This document shows positions 12,046 to 22,871 of a stretch of 64,000 bases of DNA, piece after piece. The DNA lies in sequence record PQ805429.1; one strand, 5' to 3'. Positions within the stretch are counted from its first letter, which is position 1, and every line of letters starts with the position of its first letter. The position numbers and the translations under genes are program-made. The notes beneath the pieces are model-generated. The model ran no database searches, was not told the DNA's origin, and was given only the letters and a program-made list of their open reading frames with translations. The stretch comes from Escherichia phage EK5.

Positions 12046-13098
12046 TTAGTTTGCTCCAAATGCCCCTAAGACACCACCTAAGATATTACTACCTGCTGTG
12101 GATAACCAGTTAGACTGACCTTTCTGTTGAGAAAGATTAGAACCACCAATCATAGGACCAGCCATTCCAGATTGCCCACCTGAGTTGTTATAGGAACTCC
12201 AAGCATTCTGAGTCTGTTGATTAGGAGAGAAAGCACCCATACGACCTGCAATACCTAATCCAGTGATACCAGCACCTAGGAGCTGTTGTCCAGTATTAAC
12301 CCCCGGAGCAGCATTCTTAATTGTATACCCAGCCATTGGGCTTACGCTATTTAATACATTAAGTTGGTTGTTAAGCTGATTCCACCCATACTGCTGAGAG
12401 CCAATAGCGTTCTGCCAATTAATATCAGCTTGAGCTTGGGCTTGTTGTTGTTGTAGATTACCAGCCATGAGTTGATTCTGGATAGCTTGTTGAGTTGCCT
12501 GAACACCTTGAGCACCAAGATTGAGATTCTGTCCAGCCAATCCTGACTGAGCGCCAAGTAAGCCTCTCTGGAAGTTTTGATCTTGTTGAAGAGCACTTAC
12601 ACCCATATTCTTACCACTGATAGTACGAGACAGGTTAGTGTTAGCACCATTCAAAGCAGCCCCTTGAGCCGCAGCCCTACGGAGAGAGCCAGAGTCAGAG
12701 CCATTGCCAAGAGAGACATTAGAAGCTGCTTTGCTAGTAGCTTGTGCAAGGGCTGAGTTATTCAAACCTTTACTAAAGTTATTAACCCCTTCAGCCGTTA
12801 CTCCACCACCATTAACAATATTCTGATACTGCTGGGCAAGAGCATTTAATTGGTCTAACCCTTGCTGTGTACGAGGCGTGTACATATCAGCCAATTGCTT
12901 CTGAGTAGTAGAAGCTGCTAAGTTGTTCAGAGCACCTTGTTGGTTGCCATTAAACCCAGCCAGCTGTTGGGAGATGAATCCCGGATCGTTGTTCTGCATA
13001 TTCTGAGCATTAGCAACAATCTGCTTCAGCAGGGCATCAACCTGAGAGGAAGGGGCCACTGTGGTTTTGCTAGAAGCTGATTTTCCAAATAAAGACAT
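12046..13098 (-). CDS. Q/N/G-rich virion protein, paralog B
   Basis: Same composition; N-terminus MSLFGKSASSKTT; tandem to paralog A. Confidence 0.5.
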   Translation of the reverse strand: MSLFGKSASSKTTVAPSSQVDALLKQIVANAQNMQNNDPGFISQQLAGFNGNQQGALNNLAASTTQKQLADMYTPRTQQGLDQLNALAQQYQNIVNGGGVTAEGVNNFSKGLNNSALAQATSKAASNVSLGNGSDSGSLRRAAAQGAALNGANTNLSRTISGKNMGVSALQQDQNFQRGLLGAQSGLAGQNLNLGAQGVQATQQAIQNQLMAGNLQQQQAQAQADINWQNAIGSQQYGWNQLNNQLNVLNSVSPMAGYTIKNAAPGVNTGQQLLGAGITGLGIAGRMGAFSPNQQTQNAWSSYNNSGGQSGMAGPMIGGSNLSQQKGQSNWLSTAGSNILGGVLGAFGAN

Positions 13099-13117
13099 AA
13101 GTCCTCCTTAAAGATTA

Positions 13118-13900
13118 TTACTTTACACCAATGCTAGCCAAACGTCTGAGCACTGCTTGTGTTTGTGGACTGTACTGAGAACCTGCTGCATGTGGTGCAC
13201 TTGCCCTCTGAACTGTTTGAGAAGTCGGAGGTTTACCAGCAAGCATAGCAGCTACACCTAATACTGCATTACCAAAGTTCTGTTGAGGCTTCTGATCTTC
13301 CCCTTCTTGTACTTCATCAGAGTAAAACTCTACCGGATTACCACCTAAAGCACCTGTCTTAGAAGCAGCAATCTCTGCCTGAGTGGGAGCTTGTGCAGCC
13401 TTCTCTCTGTCTAACAAGTCAGGGTTAAACTGATTGACTGGTTGAACAGCTTGCAAAGCTCCAATTGGGTTAGCAATCTGAGAAGCTGCATCACCGTAAA
13501 AAGGAAGAAAGTGTTTGTTGTTCATTGAGTCTAGAGCCTGAGGGGTAAACCCTTTCTTACCAGCAAACATCTGCCTAGCACCCCCTGTCCCTTCAGAGTA
13601 ACCAACCATTGCTTTCTTAACATCGCCATTAAAAGCTTTTAAGTTATCTCTGATATAACGAGCACCCATGTCAATATTCTTTGCTGGGTCCAGTCTATCT
13701 TCTAGTTTGTATCCATAGTCTTTAGCCAATCCTTTACTGATCTGCATTAAACCTACAGGACCAGTTCCAGAGGCTACTTTAGGACGTCCACTAGACTCTC
13801 TTTGGATTACAGCATGAATCAAAGCAGCAGGAATCCCATACTTCTTTGAAGCTTGCTGTACCATTGGGTCTAGTTCTTCGATACCCATTCTAATTGCCAT
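13118..13900 (-). CDS. Lytic transglycosylase (SLT domain) virion protein
   Basis: SLT motifs IQRESSGRP and GLMQISKGLAKDYGY. Confidence 0.8.
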   Translation of the reverse strand: MAIRMGIEELDPMVQQASKKYGIPAALIHAVIQRESSGRPKVASGTGPVGLMQISKGLAKDYGYKLEDRLDPAKNIDMGARYIRDNLKAFNGDVKKAMVGYSEGTGGARQMFAGKKGFTPQALDSMNNKHFLPFYGDAASQIANPIGALQAVQPVNQFNPDLLDREKAAQAPTQAEIAASKTGALGGNPVEFYSDEVQEGEDQKPQQNFGNAVLGVAAMLAGKPPTSQTVQRASAPHAAGSQYSPQTQAVLRRLASIGVK

Positions 13901-13909
13901 AATATCTCC

Positions 13910-14944
13910 TTATTGTATACTCCTGAATATCTTTCTAGCATCTAATACTGGAATACTCAACCCGAGGGCACCACCCCCTCCTAAATCATATTGACTACTC
14001 CAAGAGTAAATCATCCTTCCGAAACCTGTACCGAAAGAAGAGCCATTCATCATGTGAGATCTTGTGTGTTGAAAATACCAACCACTAGCCTTGCCCCTTA
14101 TTGCTCCTGCTCCGTAAGATAGTGGTATCATTGGATAGGCCAGAGATGTGTTACCGCCACTCATAGGCATAAATCCCTCAACACTAAAAGGGGTTCTATA
14201 TGTAGAAAATACACACTGAGACCCATTTGGAGAGAAGATATTTAAACCCCCATTGTGGGTTGGTACTCCAGAACCATCACAGAAGACGGCAATTCTAACA
14301 CCACCAATGTATCCTGTTTGGTTTGTGTTACCATTATCATGAGATCTGTTCTGGTACACATAAACAACCCTATTGGATGGATTGTATAGCAGCCCTGCTC
14401 CACCGTTACTCCAATTCGCGTAGACAGTTGCTCGGCTCATATCAAAACCACCAATATCTGGTATTTGAAGAGAACCATTTATGTCACCCTCCCAAGCCCA
14501 AATACATTGACCAACAACCCCAGAATCGGATATTGAGAAATAGTCAGCAGAGTTGGAGAATGTGATTCCATAATTCCTGTTAGCTCTAGGCCATATTTGA
14601 TACACATTAAAAGCCATATCAAATACCCAACCGTTTACATTATAGTCCATAGTAACTCTGAAGGTTGAGTTATTAATAACAGATATATCCGTTATCCAAT
14701 ACACATCAGACGTTACGTTAGGAGGTATGTATCTCTCCCAAACAACAGACCCTGTTGGAACTACAACTATCTGACCACTACCATCCCAACCACTTATAGG
14801 CAAGTCACAGGTATTTCCACTAAAAGAGAAATTCCCACTGACTCTATTTCTGAGTTGAGGGAATGTGCTACCACTATCGATGTAAATATCAGCAGGTGCC
14901 GCTGGACCCGGACCAACCGGGCGTGTCCATATTCCATATGCCAT
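13910..14944 (-). CDS. Tail fibre / receptor-binding-like protein
   Basis: Beta-rich G/S/N/W-rich sequence; position in tail module. Confidence 0.4.
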   Translation of the reverse strand: MAYGIWTRPVGPGPAAPADIYIDSGSTFPQLRNRVSGNFSFSGNTCDLPISGWDGSGQIVVVPTGSVVWERYIPPNVTSDVYWITDISVINNSTFRVTMDYNVNGWVFDMAFNVYQIWPRANRNYGITFSNSADYFSISDSGVVGQCIWAWEGDINGSLQIPDIGGFDMSRATVYANWSNGGAGLLYNPSNRVVYVYQNRSHDNGNTNQTGYIGGVRIAVFCDGSGVPTHNGGLNIFSPNGSQCVFSTYRTPFSVEGFMPMSGGNTSLAYPMIPLSYGAGAIRGKASGWYFQHTRSHMMNGSSFGTGFGRMIYSWSSQYDLGGGGALGLSIPVLDARKIFRSIQ

Positions 14945-14945
14945 G

Positions 14946-15980
14946 TTACCAACTCCCTATTCTTATGCGAAGAGTTCCACTCCCATCATAAAAATCTATT
15001 CTATTACCATTCATCCACAACTGAGAACCACCTGTACCACCCATAACAAAATCACCACCAACAGTAAGTCTCCAGTTAGAACCCCACATAGAACCAGCAG
15101 TGATTTTATCCGCTGATAAGTTCTGAATCTGAGCATTGGAGATAGATACGTTATCAATCTGTGCCCATTGGATCCTAGCGTTGGCAATCTGAGCAGTTGT
15201 GATGTTGACGTTCTTTATGTCAGCGAATTCCATCCTAGCTCGCCCACCCTCAAATACGAAGGGGGTATTCCCAGAGCTGCCATCACCAACAATAAATTTG
15301 TTAGCTGTTACTTGGAATTGACTGTTTGTTCCGTTGTTAGTTAACTTGACCCCAGCATATCTTCCGTTGACTGTAGAGTTAACACCCCACGTAGCTTCAT
15401 ACTCAGAGAGTTTCATATACTGAGAAAGGCTTCCGTTGATATTTTGCAGTTCTGTCTGAACAAGAGCAATCTCTTGACCTTGATCGTTAACAATACCTTC
15501 TACTGTCTGAATTTTAGTTGTGTTACCTTCGATGCTGGTCTTAAAACCAGATACAGTGCTTTCTAGCTTCACAGGGGGTTGAACAGAATTATCCCAAATG
15601 TCCTCAGTGGACAGGTTCCCCATCTGGGTTTGGATATCTGCAATAGCTGTTTCTATCTCTGTAGTAATTCTATTCTCAAGCTCATCAAATTGTAGATTCA
15701 TTGCATTAAGAGCTTTAATACGAACATCAATCTCTTCGTGAATTTCATCTATAGCTTGGAACATTTGGTTAGTAGCTGTGCTAACTTTTTGTAATTCATC
15801 ATACACGGCTACGTTATATGTTTCTGTGTCCTGTACATTATTGAGAAACCCAACGTTGTACGGGAGTGTGGTGTTGTTGCGACCAGTATTCTTACGAAAA
15901 CCACCTGCACCCATAAGTTCCTCCAAAACAATAAAAGGGGCACGAAGCCCCTTGTTGTTATCTCCGCCCGCCAACAGCAA
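14946..15980 (-). CDS. Tail fibre-like protein with repetitive C-terminal region
   Basis: Central coiled-coil region and C-terminal repeat-like NVNITTAQIANARIQWAQIDNVSISNAQIQNLSADKITAG. Confidence 0.45.
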   Translation of the reverse strand: MLLAGGDNNKGLRAPFIVLEELMGAGGFRKNTGRNNTTLPYNVGFLNNVQDTETYNVAVYDELQKVSTATNQMFQAIDEIHEEIDVRIKALNAMNLQFDELENRITTEIETAIADIQTQMGNLSTEDIWDNSVQPPVKLESTVSGFKTSIEGNTTKIQTVEGIVNDQGQEIALVQTELQNINGSLSQYMKLSEYEATWGVNSTVNGRYAGVKLTNNGTNSQFQVTANKFIVGDGSSGNTPFVFEGGRARMEFADIKNVNITTAQIANARIQWAQIDNVSISNAQIQNLSADKITAGSMWGSNWRLTVGGDFVMGGTGGSQLWMNGNRIDFYDGSGTLRIRIGSW

Positions 15981-18975
15981 ACTCTATCGTTAAACCATTG
16001 ATAGCAGCATTACTATTAACATCATTATCTATAACATTATAGAAAAGGTATGGATGGTTCAGTCTCACCGAGACATGCCTGTCAACACCGATCGTATATG
16101 TCTTAGATGTGTGTGGGTGTCCATATTCATTTGAGAATTGACTACCACCAGCTTCAAATATGTAAGTACCTGAACCAGTTGTCTGAGGTCGGAACCTGTT
16201 AATATGCTTCTGATTCCACTCATTCGTCACATTATCAAAATCTATACCAGTCCTCTCCAACCTCATTTCCAGAGGCTTCTCTATAACAACATCATTTAGC
16301 CTGTCATAGAAGTAATCAAGAGCACCCACATCCACTTGATAGAATCCCTTCAAGAATGAACCTACTATCGTAACCCTCTGTCTAAAGTTTGTTGCATCCT
16401 TTCTCCAAACGAGTTCTTTAATAGATGGGTCATCCCAAGTGATTTCTTGGAAGTCGGACCAGATTGGACCTCTTTCTAAAACAGGAGGATCAACCAGACC
16501 AATACACTGAGCATATGGGATAGTACGGAAGGACCAAGTATCAAACTCGTAGTTCCATACAGCAGCTTTAGTACAAGCGAAGCTTTCTTTTGGCTCCCCC
16601 GGACCTACATACAGAACCCAAACCTCTTTCTTATCCTGATGCAAGTGTACTCGAGTTGCTAAAGGGTTAACCAGACACACCTCGTTAATCAGCATGTTCT
16701 TGACACGGTTAGATGCAATTGATTTCTTAGTTGCACCGTTGTGTAAGATTACATCGTTCTGAGTAACTACGAAGTGACTACCTTCTACTTCAACCACACA
16801 CTCAGGAGCAAGGATACCAGAGTCGTTAAAAAGCTTCTTGAACATTAGAGGTTGGTACGTGTTATTAGTTGGAGAACCAATATACGTTTCAAACTCTGTA
16901 TAAACAAACAAGTAGTCTTTAAGAGGTAGGATATCAATCAAGCTACCATTAGAGTCAGCTAGGTCAATGTAACCAGCATACCCATTCTCTAGAGCCTGAG
17001 TCTGCCCTACGATATTAGAAGCTAAGTCCGAAGACACAACTCGATCATAGGCAAAGTCATCCCACAGTGTAGGAGCCTTGTTCTCATTGGCAAAGTTAGA
17101 CCAACGAAGACGAAGCGGGTAGTTAGTGGTAACACCAGAAGCATTAGCCTCTCTCATATTCAGAGCAAAAAGACGGTTGTTAAAAGATCTTACTCTCTCA
17201 CATTTCCAGTTAAACTTCTTGACTGAAGGGTTTCCATCATTATCAACAACTGTTTGCTCACCCCACCCCGGAAGGTCTACAAAGTATTCTGATTCGAATT
17301 CTTTTACCTGAGGAGTTTCATAGTGAGTTGTAGCAACTGCACAGTTAGAGATAACAGCGTGATACCAAGGATAGTCATCAAAAGCATCGTAATCTTTCTG
17401 AGTCATCTGACTAACAGTACAAGTTACATTAATCTCCCCTTTACGGAGAGCAACCAGTTTGATAGATTTACCAGTGACTGAAGTTGTAGAAACATAGCCA
17501 GTTTTATCAACAGACCATTGATAAGAATAATCACCTTCTGGAGAAGCCGTAGCTGTAATGACAATCTCTTCACCAACATCAAGTGAGGCGCTGACAACAT
17601 CTAAGGTTACAGATGACAAAGGGGTTGCCAGTAAAGAAGCTCTTGCAAAACCTTCAATGTCATTCACGTTAGAGTAGTCATAGAAGTTATTACCTTCGTA
17701 CATCCCTGACGTATCAATACCGGATGTAGGCTCAGCAAAATAAACCGTCTCTTCACTTTCAGGAGGAGTTACTACTTCTTCCTCTTGAGTTTCTACTGGC
17801 TCTGACACAGGAGCAGCAAATGCCATAGCACTTGTCCTCATTGTCCTTCCAGCTAAATCCACACGTACAGTACAGACAGCAACTCTGTTACCTTCTTCAG
17901 TGGTAGCTGTAATCTCAGTAAAACCAGCAAGTAGAGCGTTGATCGTCCCTTGTGTGCTAGTCCCTGATACTGTTGCAATATTTGGATTAGAAGAGGTCCA
18001 AGTAATATTTTGATTAGGGGCGTTAGCAGGAGAAAGGGTAGCAGTTAAGATATACTGAGAACCTCTACTCACAGTAACATCTGACTGGCTTAAAGAGATA
18101 CTATCAATCTGAGGGATGGAAACAACCTCACAAGAAGCAGTCTTAGTTCCGTTATCAGCAGTGATTGTTACATTACCTTCTCCATTCGCTGTAATGACAG
18201 CAGTTAAAGAGTTGGCGTTAGGGGTTACGGATACAATAGAAGCATTATTGCTGGACCAAGTTACAGGGGTCTTGCCAGTAACAGCCGTGAGAGTAGTAGT
18301 CCCTCCTTTACGAATTGTAACAGTATCTTGACTCAAGAAGATACCTGAATCACCATCGATAATATTAACAGCAATCTGAGCCACTACGGATTCGTTGGCA
18401 GTAGAGATAGTTACTACAAGATTACCCTCTTTCTCAAAAGATGTTAGAGTAGCAAGTTTAGAGTCACCAGGGTCTACCGTAATACTTCCATAGGATGAGT
18501 TACTAACCTCCCAAATAAGATCAGTGTTGTTAGCATCAGCAGGGAGAAGAGAAACCTCTAGATTCTTGGTCTGATTGAAGTTCATTGAGATAGTTGATTC
18601 TTTAGGAACAATCTGAGAAACAACTGGATAAATCTTAATTGAGGCAGAAGCCTTCTTAGTGACTGTAGCAACCTTACGGCTAATATCAGTCAAGCTTTCA
18701 TCTGTCAGTTTATATAACTTCTTATCCGTACCTACAACAAGAAAGCTATTACCTGCGCTATAATAATCGAAAGGCATAGAAACGAAAGACAGAGGGGTTA
18801 AATCCTTATCTTCATCTACATAAGAAAGAGGGGCATTGCCCCCCGTCTTAAATACTCTCTGCTCAACAAATCGAGCATTTATAGCATTAGTGAAAGCATT
18901 AGGAGCTAAGTCTGTCGGAGCCTGATCAGCGATAACGCCTACAGCACCTAGTGACTTTATTGGATACAGCGCCAT
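15958..18975 (-). CDS. Tail protein with bacterial Ig-like (Big_2-type) domains
   Basis: Several ~80-aa T/S/V-rich Ig-like repeats in the middle of a 1005-aa protein. Confidence 0.5.
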   Translation of the reverse strand: MALYPIKSLGAVGVIADQAPTDLAPNAFTNAINARFVEQRVFKTGGNAPLSYVDEDKDLTPLSFVSMPFDYYSAGNSFLVVGTDKKLYKLTDESLTDISRKVATVTKKASASIKIYPVVSQIVPKESTISMNFNQTKNLEVSLLPADANNTDLIWEVSNSSYGSITVDPGDSKLATLTSFEKEGNLVVTISTANESVVAQIAVNIIDGDSGIFLSQDTVTIRKGGTTTLTAVTGKTPVTWSSNNASIVSVTPNANSLTAVITANGEGNVTITADNGTKTASCEVVSIPQIDSISLSQSDVTVSRGSQYILTATLSPANAPNQNITWTSSNPNIATVSGTSTQGTINALLAGFTEITATTEEGNRVAVCTVRVDLAGRTMRTSAMAFAAPVSEPVETQEEEVVTPPESEETVYFAEPTSGIDTSGMYEGNNFYDYSNVNDIEGFARASLLATPLSSVTLDVVSASLDVGEEIVITATASPEGDYSYQWSVDKTGYVSTTSVTGKSIKLVALRKGEINVTCTVSQMTQKDYDAFDDYPWYHAVISNCAVATTHYETPQVKEFESEYFVDLPGWGEQTVVDNDGNPSVKKFNWKCERVRSFNNRLFALNMREANASGVTTNYPLRLRWSNFANENKAPTLWDDFAYDRVVSSDLASNIVGQTQALENGYAGYIDLADSNGSLIDILPLKDYLFVYTEFETYIGSPTNNTYQPLMFKKLFNDSGILAPECVVEVEGSHFVVTQNDVILHNGATKKSIASNRVKNMLINEVCLVNPLATRVHLHQDKKEVWVLYVGPGEPKESFACTKAAVWNYEFDTWSFRTIPYAQCIGLVDPPVLERGPIWSDFQEITWDDPSIKELVWRKDATNFRQRVTIVGSFLKGFYQVDVGALDYFYDRLNDVVIEKPLEMRLERTGIDFDNVTNEWNQKHINRFRPQTTGSGTYIFEAGGSQFSNEYGHPHTSKTYTIGVDRHVSVRLNHPYLFYNVIDNDVNSNAAINGLTIEFAVGGRR

Positions 18976-18984
18976 AATTCCTCC

Positions 18985-19788
18985 TTAGCTAATACGTCTC
19001 CAAATGTGAGCTGCTCTGAATGGTGGCAAAGTGTTAATAGGTTGACGAGAGATATCATCACGACCAAGACTTACACTACCAGAGATTGTATGAGTGTGAG
19101 TGTCGCTATCAGTTCTCTGACTGTAACCACCACCCGGACTATACCAGTTTGGTGAGCTGTTATGACCACTAGCATCTCCACGACCAAACACCATATTGTG
19201 ACTGTGAGTGTTACTGGATAGAGAGAAGCTGGAGCCATTAACTGTCATCAGAGGTACGTTCTCAGTTCGAATGGTATTGAAGACACGACCACCAGTACCA
19301 CCTGCTTGGAACTCAACTCTCTGAGCATTAGGGACAGAACCATCAGGGTTTACTACACCAGTACCCATAATGACACCAGTCACTTTAGCCCAAGAACCAA
19401 ACCCTAAGGAGATAGAATCACCGGGGTTAATATCTTCTTCAGTGATGTAGTAAGAACCAATTCGATAGAGCTTATTCTCCATCCAGTTCTTCATGAACGC
19501 TTCCATCTGACCTTTAGTAACAACATCCTTGTCACCAGTTCCCGGAGTAACGTTCTTGATCATAAGACCACCAACATCCATTGCATCACCAGTAAACTTG
19601 AGCTTCTCTGACATAATCTTAAAGGTGTCAGAATCTATATCAACCGGTTCTGTAACATTGGGGAATGTGTTCTGTAACGTTTGTTTAATGAGGCGGATTT
19701 GAGCCGCCCCTTCGTAGATGTAATCCCTGTCTCTAGGATAGAGTGGGTTTAAGTCGGTAATAACTACCGCATTAGTTTCGATAGCCAA
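18985..19788 (-). CDS. Tail fibre protein with phage tail-collar domain
   Basis: GSWAKVTG ... THTHTISG ... LPPFRAAHIWRRI resembles tail-collar domain hallmarks. Confidence 0.5.
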   Translation of the reverse strand: MAIETNAVVITDLNPLYPRDRDYIYEGAAQIRLIKQTLQNTFPNVTEPVDIDSDTFKIMSEKLKFTGDAMDVGGLMIKNVTPGTGDKDVVTKGQMEAFMKNWMENKLYRIGSYYITEEDINPGDSISLGFGSWAKVTGVIMGTGVVNPDGSVPNAQRVEFQAGGTGGRVFNTIRTENVPLMTVNGSSFSLSSNTHSHNMVFGRGDASGHNSSPNWYSPGGGYSQRTDSDTHTHTISGSVSLGRDDISRQPINTLPPFRAAHIWRRIS

Positions 19789-19800
19789 AAGGCACCTCCA

Positions 19801-20292
19801 TTAATATTTACCTTCGGTGTAAAGATTAGCTTCTGCAACTCTTCTATTATGAAGACCCTGACTTCTCTGCTTCTCTCCCTTGACCGTTATTTTATCCCAA
19901 CGAAGAAATTCGGAATAAACATCCCCCTTAACATCTCCATTGATTACCTTCCTTAACTTAGATGTGCTCAAAGCCCCACTGCCAACATTGAAGTTGAAAG
20001 AAGTGAGTGCATCAAACTCATGAACTAGTAAAGGAACCTTTATGTTCTTCTGAGTAGCACGAACAGAGTCTTGTGTGTCTCTATCTAGCAGAGCTAGACA
20101 ATCCTCTATAGAATACGTTAATCCTTGTCTAACCGGATAACCATTCATATCGCGCGTAGCCCCTACACATATAGTCCAGATACCTGCGGAATCTTTATAA
20201 GCCTTTGTTCTCATACCCTCATGCTTCATGATGAATTCCATTCCAGCTGGGCTTAAGTTTAGTTGTACAGGTGGCAATGCGACGTTATCCAT
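19801..20292 (-). CDS. Endolysin, T4-lysozyme-like (GH24)
   Basis: FIMKHEGMRTKAYKDSAGIWTICVGAT with catalytic Glu/Asp/Thr context. Confidence 0.8.
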   Translation of the reverse strand: MDNVALPPVQLNLSPAGMEFIMKHEGMRTKAYKDSAGIWTICVGATRDMNGYPVRQGLTYSIEDCLALLDRDTQDSVRATQKNIKVPLLVHEFDALTSFNFNVGSGALSTSKLRKVINGDVKGDVYSEFLRWDKITVKGEKQRSQGLHNRRVAEANLYTEGKY

Positions 20293-20321
20293 TTCTAACC
20301 TCCTTTTGTAGTCCCTTTAAA

Positions 20322-20540
20322 TTAAGGTAGTATCTTTCTCAGAGCGTTAGATTCAGCATCAGGGCAAATAACAACTAAGTTATTTTGAATTGTTCTCTGC
20401 TTGCATTGAGAGCTAAGCTTCTCTACTGGAGCAGGGACAGTTACTAATGGATGAACTGCGCCTACAGGAACTGCGGTGGATACCACAACACCTGCGCCTA
20501 AACATATTAAACCATATGCAGCTTGTTTCATCATTTTCAT
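20322..20540 (-). CDS. Small membrane protein next to endolysin (possible holin or lysis accessory)
   Basis: N-terminal hydrophobic segment MKMMKQAAYGLICLGAGVVVSTA; immediately upstream of the endolysin; SD GGAGACAC. Confidence 0.35.
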   Translation of the reverse strand: MKMMKQAAYGLICLGAGVVVSTAVPVGAVHPLVTVPAPVEKLSSQCKQRTIQNNLVVICPDAESNALRKILP

Positions 20541-20632
20541 TTGAGTGTCTCCTATATATTAACCTCTTGGGATATATTAGTTTCATTACTTACTAAGGGT
20601 ACTCACTACTAAAGCCCCCGAAGGGGCTTATA

Positions 20633-22831
20633 TTACCTCTCTGCTAGTTTTGCTTCTAGAACTTCAATACGCTTCAGAAGGTCTTGAACAACCTGCATAG
20701 TATCAAGGAGCATAGGAGCTGAGTCTAGCTCTTTCTGTTCTTGCTCTACACCATCATTGTCGTGGAACCTACGAGTCTTAACATAAAGAGGTTCTACCTT
20801 TTCTGCTTGCTGTGCAATAACACCGCGACGAGTTCTTCCTTGTTCATCACTGTTGTACACAAACGATTTGAAATCCAAACCTTTGATAGCCTTGATAGCT
20901 TTCTCAGGGGAAATATCTTGGATATTATGTTTTAACCTTTCATCTGACACAGGATTCAAGGCAAGGGTATATGTTCCAGTAGAGCTGGGTTGCCAAGTAT
21001 AATAGAAAATCTCATTCCTGTTTGGTCGAAGGGTTAGGCGACAACCGTATTTGTTGTCTTCATCACCTGCAACGTGCCAGCAAGAATCGGCAAAAGTTCC
21101 GGCGTCATTGTGAATCATACCAACGTGAGTTGTAGTCTTGTACCCTCCATTGGATGCTTGTGATGCACTTAGTATAGAGTTGAATGAGTAGTTAGACCCT
21201 ATCCCTTGGTTATCCATAGAGAATGTTCCTTTCCTAGCTCCTGTTTCACTCCAAGACATCAAAGTGCCAAATCTAGAAACATACCTATCAGAATTCAGTG
21301 TACCAGAATCGTCGAAAGCTAACTGCTTGGTAACTCCTTTAGTTTTATTGTAGACGTCAATGATTCCATAGTAAGCTCCGTTGATGTAGGCATCAGTTTT
21401 GAGAGTAGTAGAAGCTTCTACTTCTGAACCGATTTTATACTCAGAGACAACTGACCCACTAGAAACTTTCGTTCCGTTGGAAGGTCGTGTGGTGTCACTA
21501 TTAATAACAGACCAAGAAGTATTAGCAGCAACAAATCCACCGGTAGCACGAATAGTCCACACACCAACAAAGTTTCTCGGTATAATGTTATCAGAGATAC
21601 TATAACGACCATAAACTGGGTTGGACTGACTTGCGTCGAAGACTAGAGTATTATTACGTCCACCAACTGCACCGGACCCCGGAGGTATAGTGTCCCCCCC
21701 ACCAGCCGGATACAAACTGTTGTCCGTATAGAATGAATCCTGCACAGACGTCCCGAATATCCCTGCATAAGTCCCGGCTGATACACCAGCGACCTTACCC
21801 CTGATATTAGGTGCAGCAGAATCGTAGATAACACCATTGTTGGACGATATACCACCATCACCGCGACCAAATAGCTCCTTAATAGAACCGACCTGAACCC
21901 CGTTGCGGTCTGGAACGCGGAAAGTAGTAGAACCGTCACCAGTAGAGTACTGTCCACGTTTTTGGGCATCACTAAGCCATTCAGAATCTGAGATAGGGGA
22001 TAACAACTGTGCATAAGCCCAGAGATCTGGGTACTCTGAACGGTTAAGAAGCTGACCGTCTGATGTTACCTCAAAAGCTGGAATAAAAGCTCGACTATCA
22101 CGTAAATGGAAATCACCAATACCGAAGTTAGAGATACCGCTCATCGTAGGACCACCAGAGCCACCACCACTGTTTCGAAGCTGTCTCAAAGTGACTGCAT
22201 CATAATCACCAACTGCATCAGGAACAGTAACTGGTTGAGTGAAAGTTACCTTCTGGGTAAGTTGTTTGATATCAGAGTTAATCCCTGTACGAGTAACCCC
22301 AATAGTACGACCCTTGGAGTCTTTAACATAAGAACCAATTGCAGCAAAAGGCAAATCATCAATCTCAGGACGGTAACGTTTAGAATAAACTGGATACTTA
22401 GTTTCTACCCCAGAGTCATTCTGGTCAACAACCTGAAGACGACCAGCAGAATGAATCTCTACACCTCGAACTGAAGAGGCATAACTACCAATCTTGATTG
22501 AGTTATCAGTAGTAACTTTCATCATATCAACTGATTCTACACCATTAGCTCCAGTAGAACGGAATGGGGTATCATTAACAACCCAAGGGTCTTCTCGGAA
22601 CAAAGCACCAGACATAATAGGTTGAATTGAATCCAGCACAAAATCTTTAGATGCACCTTCTACTTTAGTCTGGTATGTAGCAGCCGCATCGGTTTTCTGT
22701 AAATATTTTCCAGTAAGGTCAATAGCACCTGCTTGTCCATCTACAGTAGAAACGCCAACAACAGCCGCATCTCTGGTTACAACTACATGAGGCATCATTA
22801 TGCCAGATTTGGGCATTAATTCTCTAGACAT
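20633..22831 (-). CDS. Tailspike/tail fibre with C-terminal S74 intramolecular-chaperone domain
   Basis: C-terminal SDERLKHNI ... GLDFKSFVYN matches the autoproteolytic chaperone signature (S-D-x-R-x-K); hairpin terminator downstream near 20611-20627. Confidence 0.75.
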   Translation of the reverse strand: MSRELMPKSGIMMPHVVVTRDAAVVGVSTVDGQAGAIDLTGKYLQKTDAAATYQTKVEGASKDFVLDSIQPIMSGALFREDPWVVNDTPFRSTGANGVESVDMMKVTTDNSIKIGSYASSVRGVEIHSAGRLQVVDQNDSGVETKYPVYSKRYRPEIDDLPFAAIGSYVKDSKGRTIGVTRTGINSDIKQLTQKVTFTQPVTVPDAVGDYDAVTLRQLRNSGGGSGGPTMSGISNFGIGDFHLRDSRAFIPAFEVTSDGQLLNRSEYPDLWAYAQLLSPISDSEWLSDAQKRGQYSTGDGSTTFRVPDRNGVQVGSIKELFGRGDGGISSNNGVIYDSAAPNIRGKVAGVSAGTYAGIFGTSVQDSFYTDNSLYPAGGGDTIPPGSGAVGGRNNTLVFDASQSNPVYGRYSISDNIIPRNFVGVWTIRATGGFVAANTSWSVINSDTTRPSNGTKVSSGSVVSEYKIGSEVEASTTLKTDAYINGAYYGIIDVYNKTKGVTKQLAFDDSGTLNSDRYVSRFGTLMSWSETGARKGTFSMDNQGIGSNYSFNSILSASQASNGGYKTTTHVGMIHNDAGTFADSCWHVAGDEDNKYGCRLTLRPNRNEIFYYTWQPSSTGTYTLALNPVSDERLKHNIQDISPEKAIKAIKGLDFKSFVYNSDEQGRTRRGVIAQQAEKVEPLYVKTRRFHDNDGVEQEQKELDSAPMLLDTMQVVQDLLKRIEVLEAKLAER

Positions 22832-22871
22832 TTAAATCTCCTTAAAGCTCCCCGAAGGGAGCATTATTGTT

